A stretch of 63,995 bases of DNA, filler included, from Circinaria calcarea (Eukaryota), in NCBI GenBank assembly GCA_051942165.1. It is 3 parts of 3 records of this genome, joined end to end, with 100 filler letters (N's around TTAATTAATTAA, not from the genome) between each part and the next. Parts side by side here need not be neighbours in the genome. Positions count along the whole stretch, not along the records: positions 44,222 to 63,995 come from JAVECS010000192.1; 2 more parts are not named here. One strand, written 5' to 3'. Shown here piece by piece: positions 49,090-61,674 of this stretch (its first letter is position 1; the number at the start of each line of letters is the position of its first letter). The notes below the pieces were generated by a model. That model was not told where the DNA came from. It did no database searches and saw nothing but the letters and a program-made list of their open reading frames with translations. The position numbers were made by a program, and so were the translations under genes.

Positions 49090-52000
49090 TCATCCCACCT
49101 TCTCCCAATTCCTCCACTGACAGGCACAACCTCCACTCCCCCCGTCAATACCCCCCGGACCTCCTTCACTCCGAGTCACATTCACGTTCCCAAACACGCC
49201 CTTTGCCGGATTGACCGGAACTCCCCCGAATGCTCTATCCTCAAGTTGGATCTTCTTTTCCTCGCTAAGTACATGCTCGCTTTCATCGAGACCGTAGCAG
49301 TAGATTTGCTTCTTGGAAATATCTCCGCCGTGCCGGTCGAGAGTAATGCTGATGGGGTAGGGGAAGGAGCCCGGGCGGGAGAAGTCATTGGCGGAAGAGG
49401 TGGTAGCGTTGTAGGTTTGCGTCGGCGCCGACGCCGACGTGGCTGTTGGAGAGGCGGAGCTATTGGGGCCGGGAAGGAGAGCAGCTGTCGGTCCCTGGTT
49501 TGTCCAAATCTGGACTAGAAATCGGGTCTGAGTCCATGTGCAACGGACAGTAGCGGCGGTTTGTTGGGAGCCACCGTTGTGGTCATCCGGTACGTCAACC
49601 ATGGATGTGAATGTGCTGTTAACAAGGTAAGTCGATTGAAGGAAGATGGAACGATCGAAGTAGGAGTAGAAGCCGTAGTGTTCTGTTTGCAACCCACGAT
49701 TGTAAATGCGGAGAGGTTGAGCAGATGGAAACGGGAGTAGGTTTGCCGCAGCCACAGTCCCATCAGGGTTGAGCGCCGGTGATGGAATAGATCCCGTGAT
49801 ATCTGGAAATTGATCCGTCGAGTTTGTGCTATGTTCGTTTTCTCGTTTCCGAAGCTTTTTTGAAATGTCTGTTGTAGGTAGAAAGCTAACAAAGAAGGGA
49901 GTGTTTTCCCCATCCGCAGGTGCGACGTTGCCGTCGGTAGTGTTTCCAAGAAAGGCTTGATCCTCTTGACTTGGTGTTGGGGGGTTTGGAGTATATAAGG
50001 CGTCTGTGAAGCTATCCCTAACACGGAGCAAACGGTTACGGATGAATCTGCCTGCAGATACAGCGTTGTGACCACGGCCGGACCTTTTACCCATGCTTGA
50101 CGAGTTAACGTTTTTGGTTGTTGTACCATTCTGGAACCGTATTTCGATGCGGAAATTTGGCTGGTCCCCATCGTTGGGCGCTACGGATGACTGCTGCTCC
50201 TTTGGCAATGCGCAACTCCACATGGTAGTCGGTTGAACGCACGCAGAAGTCTCCACGACAGCGTCGGGCCGAGCAACAGTAGATATACCGGTAGGTATCG
50301 GCGGGTATCCTGTCACATTGAGCCATTGAGATTCCACCGGCATGTCACTTCTCTTTCGTGTCAAGGTCAATGCCAGAACTAGGATGAGGACGATCATTGC
50401 CACTAGACCGATCATGATCCAGATGTATAAGCCCTTCTTCTTTCTGCCTTTCGGTTTGACCCGGCCAAAGCAATTATCAAGCTTAGATTTCCTTTTATTC
50501 TTCAGTCCGGGGGGAGGGCTGCCACTTTTTTCGCTTCTTTCCCTTCCCCCGTGTATTACACCCATTGTTCGCAGAGATGGATGACGATAAGTATCTCTTG
50601 TTACGACTGGTATGGGTGCCTGATCACTGTGCTGACGATTGAAGTATTGGTGAACATGAATGGTATTCTGCACCGGCTGCAGATTTTCATTCCTAGATAA
50701 ATCTGCCAATGGTATTGCATTTCTGGAATCCATGGTCGGCTGAGGCCTTGGCACAGTAGGTCTCAAGGAAGGAGATGGTTCGTAGACACTTTGGGGATGA
50801 TCAGGAGGTAGAACAGCTACGTTTCGCCGTGAGGATTGCTGAGCTTGTGGCGGTGAGTAAGGCGGTAGCTGCTGTGATGGGGCTTGCGTATGCCTTGTAT
50901 TTGGGTAATTGAGTTCCTTGTTCTGAGGTCTGTTCTGAGGTTCGTCATCCTGAACATCTGATTGAGCTGCGGTGGGAACCGGTAAAGCAGCCCGGACCAC
51001 AGGCGCCACATAAGCTTCTTCAACTTCAGGCGTGGTATCGGGATCTTCGTTAATTTCTGTGAAAACGCTTTCCCGTCTTTCTTGGACACCGCTTGCTTCC
51101 GCGAATGCAGCAGAGAAACGGTTGCCGGGTGCCTGATGAAAAGTACCCTTACGGCTAACGTTGGGTCTTATTTCATCCGAGCTCTCAACAAGCTCTCGTG
51201 ATGGTTCATCGAATTCACCTGGAACGTCCAGTACTACCTCGTTCGTGAAGCATTCATGGTTTTGACACTTGAAAAATGCAGTTGGGCTATTCAGATCGTG
51301 CCAGCATGCTTCGAAATACTCTGCCGCCGCGCCAAAGCCAGAAACTTCTTCGAACTCCGGACTGATTACGGCTTGAGGCTCTTGATATACATTAAAGTCC
51401 CCTATATTTTGACTGGTGACATCTCCATTTGGTACAGCAACAATTCGGCGCGCAGCATCCCAGCGACTCATGTCGGTCCAGGTGCTACTCCGACCGCTTT
51501 TCCGTGTATCTATTTCACTGTCAGAAGGAGAGGCGATAGATTTTGGATTATCTGGTGGTGGTGGTTGTTGGCGAGATTGAGCGCCCATGCGTTGGCCTGA
51601 ACTTTTTAATGGGGCAGAATATAACTCGTTGTCTGATGGACTCGACCTTGTGATTGTAGTATTCGAACGAGGTAGAAACGGAGACAAAATTTGGTTCCAC
51701 CATCCTTGAGATCGGTGGCGGGTTGCACGAGTATCGATACTTAGACGCTTGATCATTGCTTCTTGGCTCCCGTGAGATGAAGGCCGAGAACAAGACAATT
51801 CCTGCGGATTATCATCATTATCGAAATCAGTGCCCCAAGAAGTGACTCGCGAGGAGCTAGCTTCATTCTCCTTTTCATCGTACTTCTCTTTGGGTTCGTA
51901 ATGCATGGGAAGTAAAGGTGCTGGAGGCATCCGCGGTTTATCCGCCATGAAGGAGAGACCGCGAGCATACTGTGTTGCTTGTGAATAGACGCTCGAGGCA

Positions 52001-52764
52001 GCTCTTCGGCGTTTTGAAGCTGGCCCATTCTGAGGTACCGTCAGACGGGGCGCTTCGACCCTAGCCGGAGTTACCACAATATCCGGCGTTGCCTGATTGC
52101 AGCGGTCTTCAGCGTATTGTTGAACGGTCAAGCACTTTGGCTCTCCAGTGGTCCATTCAGATTCTGCGAGCCTGGAAGAGGGGATGGATATGCCGATAAC
52201 TAGCGTTCTGTCTGATGGTGATAATTCTGTCACTTGAGTATCTGATCGTTTAAGACTCCCTATTGGCCCCTTCATGCCATCTCCCATTCTTTCTTTTCTG
52301 CCGAGCGATCGTTTGGCTCGGGATGACTCTTCACAAGGCTTTTCACCACGAAATGTGACACCATTTTTGCTTGACTGATATACGGAGCCTTGTGATGGTT
52401 TTCCTACCTTTCCTGGATGCCGCATAACTCTGTTCGTAGACTCTGCAACTCTAGTAGTCGGTTTTGTGAAGTCGGTCAGTAGATTCAACCCCGGCGGCTT
52501 TGGCCGAGGATAGCTCTTGTCTCGTCCTCCAGGGACCCCTTGTTTCTCGGCGTTTTTCCCAACGACGGGTGCTCGCCGTCCAGCTTCATCGTAGTGATCC
52601 ATGATATTTGGTATTCCCTTTGCTCCATCTCGAGGTACTGCATTTGGGATGATGATGGGTTCCAAAGAGGCTGATAAGGTAGGTGATAGGTTGACCGTAG
52701 GTATCGGAGAGGAGAAAGGCATCCGTGGTAAGATTGGCCGACGAAGCCGGTTCTCGGAAGGCAT
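49090..52764 (-). CDS. 1224-aa type II single-pass membrane protein of unknown function
   Basis: Intronless ORF. Disordered N-terminal half, basic patch then TM LYIWIMIGLVAMIVLILVLAL, and a Cys-containing N-glycosylatable C-terminal domain ending GGCACQWRNW. Confidence 0.85.
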   Translation of the reverse strand: MPSENRLRRPILPRMPFSSPIPTVNLSPTLSASLEPIIIPNAVPRDGAKGIPNIMDHYDEAGRRAPVVGKNAEKQGVPGGRDKSYPRPKPPGLNLLTDFTKPTTRVAESTNRVMRHPGKVGKPSQGSVYQSSKNGVTFRGEKPCEESSRAKRSLGRKERMGDGMKGPIGSLKRSDTQVTELSPSDRTLVIGISIPSSRLAESEWTTGEPKCLTVQQYAEDRCNQATPDIVVTPARVEAPRLTVPQNGPASKRRRAASSVYSQATQYARGLSFMADKPRMPPAPLLPMHYEPKEKYDEKENEASSSRVTSWGTDFDNDDNPQELSCSRPSSHGSQEAMIKRLSIDTRATRHRSQGWWNQILSPFLPRSNTTITRSSPSDNELYSAPLKSSGQRMGAQSRQQPPPPDNPKSIASPSDSEIDTRKSGRSSTWTDMSRWDAARRIVAVPNGDVTSQNIGDFNVYQEPQAVISPEFEEVSGFGAAAEYFEACWHDLNSPTAFFKCQNHECFTNEVVLDVPGEFDEPSRELVESSDEIRPNVSRKGTFHQAPGNRFSAAFAEASGVQERRESVFTEINEDPDTTPEVEEAYVAPVVRAALPVPTAAQSDVQDDEPQNRPQNKELNYPNTRHTQAPSQQLPPYSPPQAQQSSRRNVAVLPPDHPQSVYEPSPSLRPTVPRPQPTMDSRNAIPLADLSRNENLQPVQNTIHVHQYFNRQHSDQAPIPVVTRDTYRHPSLRTMGVIHGGRERSEKSGSPPPGLKNKRKSKLDNCFGRVKPKGRKKKGLYIWIMIGLVAMIVLILVLALTLTRKRSDMPVESQWLNVTGYPPIPTGISTVARPDAVVETSACVQPTTMWSCALPKEQQSSVAPNDGDQPNFRIEIRFQNGTTTKNVNSSSMGKRSGRGHNAVSAGRFIRNRLLRVRDSFTDALYTPNPPTPSQEDQAFLGNTTDGNVAPADGENTPFFVSFLPTTDISKKLRKRENEHSTNSTDQFPDITGSIPSPALNPDGTVAAANLLPFPSAQPLRIYNRGLQTEHYGFYSYFDRSIFLQSTYLVNSTFTSMVDVPDDHNGGSQQTAATVRCTWTQTRFLVQIWTNQGPTAALLPGPNSSASPTATSASAPTQTYNATTSSANDFSRPGSFPYPISITLDRHGGDISKKQIYCYGLDESEHVLSEEKKIQLEDRAFGGVPVNPAKGVFGNVNVTRSEGGPGGIDGGSGGCACQWRNWEKVG

Positions 52765-53932
52765 CGTCTTCTGTCGACCTACAAGAAATTGGATTCAAGA
52801 ATGACTAGATCTATCCGGTCAGCTTTCCAACGTCACTAGTCGCAGATAAAGGTGCTTACCACACGTGAATGTCTGGACGCCCAGCATCAAGACCGCAAAG
52901 CAGGGAACGGTGAGTGTGAAATGATAGCCTTTAAGGGTACAGGACTATGAGTCCAAGGACACCACGGCAATTGCGCCAGGTGAAGATGCGGCTTAACAAT
53001 ACAACAACGATATATACCATTCACAATATAAACAATACGCACGAGCCACAGATCTGCTAGTCTTCGCTACCAATCTTCACCAAAGAGCTACCTTCGCTAC
53101 CCACCGTGGATTGGAGATTCGAGATGTAGAAGGCAGAGGAGACAAGTGAACACCAAAGGTTCATTGTCGAAGCTAGCCAGACTGATAGCAAGACATGACT
53201 CAAACCTGACCTCAGGCCGTGAAGAATCTGAAAATGAGGTTCCATCCACCCCCATCCATAGCGACAGCGACCAGGTAGGCCACCCGGGTAGTCGGGCGCC
53301 TAGAATGCTGCATTTATGGGTATGCAATCTCAATGGTTGAGCTTTGCATTCGCACAATCGCCAATGATCAAGCGGCCTGTTCAGAGGTGCTATAATTAAT
53401 TGAAGTCTTTGAGAGGCGTAACCGCCGAACATCAGGCAGGGCTCACACCCCCCCGGTCATAATCTAAGATGTCTGACCAACCACACGAAAGTGACTCGAG
53501 GTCATGTGCCAGTTTTAGCGCTCGTTGGAATTCGTGGGTGCTATTTTTATCATCACAGAAGCACTTTTCTTACCTTAAGCAGGGGATTCAAGCTATGATC
53601 CATATGCGAACAGAAAGGTGCCTTCAAAACCATGGAATCGTCTATGGATATACGTGATTGCCGCCGATGTCAATCGTTGTGAATACCATTACTTCTAAAT
53701 GGGTATGAGGTATCATACACTCTCCAGTTTCCCCCTGACAGTGCAAAGAGAATCAACCATATCGGACGCCGCACCACAAGAACGATTTCGCTCTCCTTTG
53801 GTGGCTAGGATGTCTTCGATATGACCACAAATATCGGGACCAGAGTGCCTATGCCAAGTGCCTATTACAGCTTTGCTGCTTTGGGCAGAGTTCAGCTTCG
53901 GGCCTGATGTTACTCAGAGTCATACTATACTC

Positions 53933-55493
53933 TCAACCGCTCTTCTTCTCGTCCTTCTTCTCGTTCTTCTTTTCTTCCTCCTTCTCCTTCCTCGCCGCCT
54001 TCACCTTCGCACTGATCGCGTCCTTGAATTTCTCCCATCGCGACCGATTCAGCTTGTTGCTCAATTCGCGGAAGTTATACATTTCTCCCCAGCAGTCACG
54101 CCCCCATTCGCACCCGGCCATATTCACGACGAAGTCCCGGTCCGCCTCCTTGTAGTGAAAACGGGGGTCCTCCCCTTTGTCTCCACAAGCACCGGTCGGG
54201 AAACTGTTGATCTTCCTTTGGGGAATAAATGCAGTATGCGACCGGATCCATGGCTGCGATCGATAAAGATGCTCTAGTGCATCTTGTTCTTTATGTTCCC
54301 ATTCCATGTGCTTTTGCTCATACGCGACTGGATCCCACCATATATCCAACAATCGGTCTGTCCAAGCGCTACGACGCAGGAAAAAAGAACCCAGATTGAA
54401 TCCCCCACAATCTTGGGGGACTATGAGATCAATGGAGTTAGGATTGCCGTCGCCATTGACAGAACGCGATATGGGATCGAGGTACGGGTCGGTAAAGGGG
54501 TGGCTAATATTTAGAGGGTTGTATATATTGATATCTCGGTAGGTGTTCTTGGCGATACTGTTGAATATGTGTGATTGGAGCGAGTACGAGGGCTCCATTA
54601 TGAAGGTGTTGAGATCGAGCCACCAGAACCTAAGACGTGTATTTTAGCAGTGACGTTTCGATAGTAAAACAGACATGGACCGAAGGCAATTACCATTCTG
54701 CTTTGGGGTATTTCCGCATGCAATTCCTCATCGTATCAACCTTCTCCCAGCTTTCCCTCCACTCATGGGCATACCTTTTCTTAGTGCTCATATCAACGAT
54801 TTCTAGGTCGTAGCCCCATTTCCTGGCATACTTCTTCTTGTTCTTGACGCTGTCCCGTTCAATAGCCCATTCTCGGGCCCCCTTCCATTCCATGACACCT
54901 CCACCTTGGTTTGCTGCTAGAACAATGACAAACTTACTCCCTCCGCCTAGGAGGGATGCTCTTCGATACATGCGATGCACAGCTATCAACCAATTAGCTG
55001 TCGTGACTTGCAGTTACTAGTCTGCACGGCACTGACGGGTGGTGAGGAATAACACAGCAGCCAGCACAAGCCCAATGACAACCAAAAGCCGTATTCTCAT
55101 ACGTCGTAGAATCGACCCAAGACATGTCCTCAATCTGTTCATCTTCCCTCCATGAGTAAGGTGCCACCGGCCTCTGCCTAGTTTTTCCTTCTCGGCGTAG
55201 TTCTTGCGTCCACCCATGTGGAAGTTGGGTAAGCTACTTGAAATTTTCCGCGCGTGTCTAGAGAAGAAGCCATTATTCCTGGTGGAGAACGAAGGATACC
55301 CATTGACTTCTTGACTTCTTGCTTTGGCCGATGCCCATGTGACTCCGGTCCCGTTGGTATTTCCATTCGTGTATATGTCTCCGTACCCCTTCCTTGGGGA
55401 TGATGTTCCCCCCAAGGTATCGAAGGGGCTCGTTAACCCCGGACTTGACCAGCCGCCGTCTAGATTTGGAGAGGGTGATCGTGAAAGGGACAT
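53933..55493 (-). CDS. MNN10: GT34 alpha-1,6-mannosyltransferase subunit Mnn10, multi-exon
   Basis: MSLSRSPSP start. Motifs ANQGGGVMEWKG, KRYAHEWRESWEK, QDCGGFNLGSF, WEHKEQDALE and NMAGCEWGRDCW. Confidence 0.94.
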
Positions 55494-56760
55494 ATCAAAG
55501 GCCGGAGTGCCCGGAATGGACGGTAAGGGCTGGGCAGAGCCAGGCGCCGTAAGCCCGGACGTGGCTCCAGACTCGTGCTTCGCCGCAGTAGATTGGTGTG
55601 ATGTCGATTTCACCGGCGATTTGGTACTCGACGATCGCCGCCGTCGTTGCGACTCGATTGCTGGATGGGCTGTGAGGGACTGGGCCGCCAGCGTGACCAG
55701 CCTGATCCTTTTCGTTGTTCTGAGTAAGCTTAGATAGCTGCCAGGTATTCTTTAGCTATTCGTCAATGCCAGGGTGACGAGCAACAAATGATGTGAGGGT
55801 AGCAGTATCATCCCCAAACCGAGCTATCCCGGGTGAGGACTCTGTGGATATTGGGAAGGCGTAGAGGGCTTAGAGGGCTTCTCTTCTCTGCTCCTTCGGT
55901 GTGCGATGCAAGATGGCGGATTGTAATCTCCAGGTGGACCGTGCGCAAGCCCGACTAATGGTGGATTGCCATCCCTACTCGTCCGCAATGAATACGAGCA
56001 ATCACATTGGCGTTTGAATCGAGGACCAGGAATGCGATACTGCCCTGCTAAGTTCCGGCTTCAAATTGGAAAATGCAATCCGAGGATGCGAAGCAGAACA
56101 GGAGGGCGAACTGTTCCTACAGACACCAAAGATAAGGGGAGTCCCTTCCCCCTTCTTTCAGAGTACCTTAGCGCGACGGGTGCATCTGCAGCATGGATTG
56201 GATGATCTGCAGTTTGATCCATCAACCAATTATTATCCGGCAGCGAATGTGGGAGCCAGCCAGGGTGCTGTCGCTACTCTCTACACATTGTAACTGGAAA
56301 CGCTTAGGGAGACCCTGTTTCTCAGAGCAATACTCACCGAGAACTGGACTGGAGGGAGTTCGGACACTTTCGAGGCTACCTAAAGAATCTCAAAGTATAC
56401 GAGTACCGGGGCGATAAAATACCTCGACCAATCAACTGTGACCGTAGGAGGCCATTCTTGAGCACGATGGTCAAAGCTAACAAAATGTCCATCTAGAGGC
56501 CATAGGTAAAGTAAAGAGCTCGATACTAAGGCATGCCCACCTTATAATACATTTGCCACCTAGTAGGATGCCATTGTTGCTCCCGCTTTCTGTGAGCTGT
56601 CTGAGGTTGCCATGCTTGAGACTTCCAACGAGGTCTCTAGCCTCCGGTCCTTCTACCAGAAATTCTTCTTTGCTGCAAGAGTAGCCACCCTTGCCTCTTT
56701 AGAGTAATCAGTCGAGCCGAAACGAAAAGTTTGATGCCACATAAAGGCATTGTTCGAGCC

Positions 56761-59070
56761 TCAATCTTCCGTCTTAACAACAGCATCCTTGTCAACCACA
56801 GATTTTCGCCGTTCAGGAAATATTTGCCCCATCAGCTTTTCATGAGAGCGGGAATGAGTCGCTGCTACAGTCGCTTTCTGACTCGGGCTTTTCGCAAGAC
56901 CGCCACGGCCCCGCAATGAACGCCTGTCCCGTTGCCCATCCCATCGAAGGAGGTAGCCCTCCTCGTCCCGCTGTCTTCCATCTTCTGTATATTCTTCGGA
57001 TGAGATCTTCCGCCTTTTGGTTGCTGACCCCTTGGATAGGCCACCACTCAGACCTCTTCGTAAGATGTTTCGACCGCGTGAGCTGAAAGGTGATGAACGA
57101 TATCCTGTGTTTTTGGGCGTTTGAAGGTCTTCCGGTCCATTCCAATCCGGCTTCTCCCATGGCGGCGTAGCGAGACGAAGTTTTTTATGTCGTGGCCGAC
57201 CGCCTCTGTTTCGACCACGGGTCGACAACTCACCACGCCCCCGTGGGGAGCTCGGGGAGCGCCTGCGTGGTCGGTAGTCTGTGTCTTCGGAATCGTCAAA
57301 GCCGTCTGCAGTCAAAATGGCAAGCTCCTGCTGCAGCTTCGATACTTCACTCTTCCTAACGGATTGACGTGTTCTTCGTAGGGTAGAGTGTTTTATATTC
57401 GGCTCATCTGTCATGTTCTCATCTTGTGACTGATCGACGATATTTGCTATAGTGCCTAACTCCAAGTCCTCAGTAGAGGTATCATGGCCGTTTCCAGCAT
57501 CTCCAATACGGTCTTCTATTCGAATTCCCTCCCTATTTAGCTTGTCGGAAGACGGATCCCTATGGCGTGTAGATATATGCAACTCTTCTCCACTCGAGTC
57601 ACTCTGATCTGAAGGTTGACTCGAAGGTATTATGGTCGCAGGATACCTGTCGAGGTCGTGAATCTTAGTATAAGATAACCCGACTTCTGCGACCGGTGCC
57701 GAAGGTAATGGACTCTTTGCAATCAACGGCTCTCCTTGTGCTAATGAACCTGTTCTTCTGGCCGTCTGTACTGACTTGGGTTTGGAATTGGGCAAATGGG
57801 GTAAGTCGGGTGTGCTGTGGGTAGAGTGAGTCGAGTTAGTTTCTTCAAGGCGCGCGATTCGACGTTTCACTGATTCCAACTCTGCTTTCAATTCATCTAT
57901 CTCGCTAGCTTTATTGCCGGCTCGTGTAACTTGCTCGTTGGATATCCTGAGATCCTCGTCACCATTTCGGGAAGCTTCAGGTCTTGTTTCTCCCATTGGC
58001 GCACTCTCGTTCTTCTGCGCTGCAGCCTGGTTTTCTTGTATTTCTGCAACAACATTATGAAGTGCAGTCACTTCCACTTGAAGCGAAGTCACACTCTTTA
58101 GTATACGGTCTATATCAGTTCTCTGATGTAAATTGTGATCTCGCGTAGTGAGAGGTGTTTTTGGTTGCACTTTGTCATGCGAGCCGTCTTGGGGACGAGG
58201 AGGTGATCCTACAGCGTTGTTGGTGCCAAGCCGAGGACTAGAGCCTGAGGAATTGGTTGTAGCTCCCAAGCTCGTTTTCTTACCAGGGTTCGTCCCGGGT
58301 AAGTTTGTTATGATATTTGCCTTGACCGTTTCCCCAGTTGTTGCGGACTTGAGCGTCAGTTTTGCTAGCTTGATAAAGATTCGACCTCTGCAAACAGTCA
58401 GTGAGATGTAGAAGCCGCTACTCAGACAATTTCTATCCACAGGAACGAAATTTCAGGAAAACAACGACTGTGTATGTTTGTAGCATAATGTCGGGCTGCA
58501 TCCATTGTACAGGAGGCTATTACAATTCGAAATCCTTCGACGTGGTAACTTCTTTTGCCAGATAATCGTAGGTTAGGATCATAACGAATATCACAGAATA
58601 CGTCGATTACAAAATGCAACCTTCTGGATACAGCCTGGTTTACATAAAGTAGAATAATTGCAAGTAGCGAATCTGGTATTAACAACACCAAAGCGCCCAG
58701 AGTCATCGCCGTTAACAACTTTTTAGCAGCCATGCTTCGCGTGACAATAGAAATACAATGTGTCTCATTAATGGTTAAGTACATACCTGTGTCTGGCTTT
58801 TTCAGGTGAAGTCTCAACACACTCGCCTCCCCTCAAAGCAGTGCAGCCCTTACAGCGTAGCGGCCGCAGCGTGCATCCTTCCAACTCGGTGGTACCTGGT
58901 ACTGTCGTGGCAAAAGCCAACAATCCAGATGGATGTGTAGCCTTTGGATATTGAGTCGAATAGAGATAGTATGACCTTGTGATCTGCGTCCAGGAGTTGG
59001 TGCATGAGAAAAGATACCCACCGCACTTTGAGCAATCACATTTGACGAAATTCTGTGCTGTAGAGTCCAT
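56761..59070 (-). CDS. Hypothetical protein: N-terminal Yippee/Mis18-like zinc-binding domain, coiled coil and basic disordered tail
   Basis: Exon 1 59070-58787 (CSKC...LEGCTLRPLRCKGC). Intron 58786-58388 splices in frame to the 559-aa ORF. Confidence 0.7.
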
Positions 59071-59464
59071 CTCGACTCATGGTAAGAAATAACGTAGCGA
59101 AGATGTATAGGCTTAATTGGATACCTGAGGCAATACCATGGAAATTTCAAATTGATTGGCAAAACTGGCTCATTCCCAATTGCAGATAACTCCAGTACTA
59201 TAGCGAATAATTCTAGGATAGCCGGACGAGAACAGGGCGAAAAGATCGAGTAGGTGCTGAACTTGGGACAGATGTATAGCAGTGAATGAAAATGAAGAAA
59301 AAGTTGGAAATGACCATGTGGAGTTCACGATGGGGTGGGTTTGATCGGCCCACACCGCATAATCTTATTCTCACTCGCAGTTTACTAAACCGACGCTGAC
59401 TTGGCAAGGCGTAGACATAAAACAGCCCTCCTCGCTCGACTATGCTATTGTTCTCAAAAACATC

Positions 59465-60962
59465 ATGCCCTATCCATTTCAGTTATCGACAACCTCTTCG
59501 ATTTCTTACTCGTTGTTTTTGGACTGTAGTACGCATCCATCGTTGGTACTCGCTGCATCTACCTATCGAAGTGTACTCCGTGATGTCTTGAAGCAGCATA
59601 AGCGTCTACCAATTCAATCACAAGCTGCTAACTTGAGTGTCGTTGTCTCCGCGATCAATGAATATCTACCATGTCTCTTTGCCTTCGACTCAGGCCTCGG
59701 CGGAAAGCCCGTTAGTGGTGAAGAAGTCGATCTCATCTTGAAAAAGGAGATCGAGGTTGAATGGAGACCCTGCTTAGCTGCAGCTATCCCCGGACGAAAG
59801 CCATCAAGGGCCAAGGGCAAGGGCTTGGACTACGAGATCTTTTTCGTCTTGACCACCCTCGCGTTTACCTACAGTCTACTTGCACGTGCTCAACTACGTT
59901 CGCTGTATGCAGCTGCTACGCCTCTAGCTGAGCAGCGAACCGGAGCAATCACAGCTGCGACAAAGTACTTCCTGTCAGCAAACTCCATTCATGAATTCCT
60001 TGCTGCCCGCATCCTCGATAGTCCATCACCCCACACGGTGGCCGAGGCTTCTACTACGATACAACGCGCCTTAGCAGCATTAGCCCTCGCCGAGGCAACC
60101 CTACTCGCAGTTTTAAAGGATGACCCGTACCCAGGGCTCGTAGCACGGGACCGTAACGGCAATGACAAAGAATGGATGTTCAAGGCCCCGGATATACCTA
60201 AGGTGCGGACACATTTATTCGCAAGGCTCTGCCTTGCCGCGGCAGAACATGCCGGACGCGCTCATGCATTGCTCAGTAGTTCAACTGACGCAAAGGGAAG
60301 TAGTATAAGTAGCACGATTCTTGACTTCACCAGAGATCTTCGAAGGACCTCCAGGGCCAAAGCCTGTAGGTTCTTTGGAATTGACGCCGAATTAAGCGGA
60401 AAGACTGGAGAAGCTATCGCCTGGCTTGAAGGTGGAAGCAAAGAGCTCGGGTTCAAGTCAAGCGCTGACGAAGGTTCAAGTAAAATGTCGAAAGCCTTCA
60501 CAAAATTGAAGAAGGACTTGACCGAGCGAAAAGAAGATGAGAGAATTAAGAAAGGAGGTGAATGGGGTAGCGATGCTGGCAGGTTTGAAGAAGCAAGAGT
60601 GATTCAGACGCTAGAAAGCCGATGGAACAAGATCAATGATACCGCAAGTCGTCCATATATGTGGCTTATATGCTAGACAACGGTCACTAATTATCACACA
60701 GATCAACACGCAGCTTGTGCCTCCATCAGATGCACTAATAGCTGGAATACCGTTAGGCAGGGAGATACATACGCCTAAACCATATGTACCACCTAGTCTT
60801 GATGAGGTTCTATTGACAAGGATGAGAGCACCACCAGACGGCGATGATCGAATGCTGTTAGCCAATAGCGATGATAGTGATGACGAAGTGGAGGAAAGTA
60901 AAATAAATCCCCCTGGGGCGTTTCTCGGATCATCTGTCGCAAGCGAAGGCTCCTATTATTGA
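59465..60962 (+). CDS. palC: pH-response regulator PalC (Bro1-domain)
   Basis: MPYPFQLSTTS, KDDPYP, PDIPKVRTHLFARLCLAA, WGSDAG, KINDT|INTQ and C-terminal YY. GC-AG intron 60644-60701. Confidence 0.93.
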
Positions 60963-61141
60963 TACCCAAGTTCGATGGGAGCGGCCATTTCGGTTTGACT
61001 TGAGCACAACCACAGTTGATACACTAGTCCATATATCTGAGATTGTTCGTAGCTCTTCTCTATCATCAAACCGTGAAACTTCCAACTCCAATGCTTCTGT
61101 ACACAATATGTCTTGTCCGCCCCTTGTGCCACCACTCTTGT

Positions 61142-61601
61142 CTACGACTCTTTTGGCACATAATTCTGCTGCGCAAACAAATATCCCCTCACTTTGCTCT
61201 CGTTCAGTAGCTCCAAATAGCGATCTATTCCAATCCCAGGTACGAATCAGCAAACTACCCATTGACATCCTATCTTCCAGCTCCATGTACAAACGAACAA
61301 ACTTCCCATTGAACCGCCAGTCCCCCCACATCCGCTTGAAAAACCACCGAGACCGGGAAAAGAAAAAATCCCTACCTCTCAACCTCCCACACTTCTCAAA
61401 ATGATTCACCCCCTCCCGATAGTAACACCTCCCTAACTCCTCCCTCACCAACCGCGCCATCATACTGCGCACCCACTGCTCGCGGATGATCGCATCCTGG
61501 GCCTGCTTCAGCCGCGACGTGTCGTCGTAGTCGACCCCATCAAACGTAGGGGGTACGGTTGGCTTTCGCGCGAGGAAGAGAGAGGACTCGGGGGTGGGCA
61601 T
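61142..61601 (-). CDS. NDUFB10: NADH:ubiquinone oxidoreductase 12-kDa accessory subunit (NDUFB10/PDSW)
   Basis: QDAIIREQWVRSMMARLVREELGRCYYREGVNHFEKC. The second exon DRYLELLNESKVRGYLFAQQNYVPKES* follows an intron. Confidence 0.92.
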
Positions 61602-61674
61602 TTTTGGGTTACTCTGTTGTGGTAGGACCGGAGAGGTAAAACTGGGGTGAGGGCGAGGGGAGCTGCTTGGCCAA

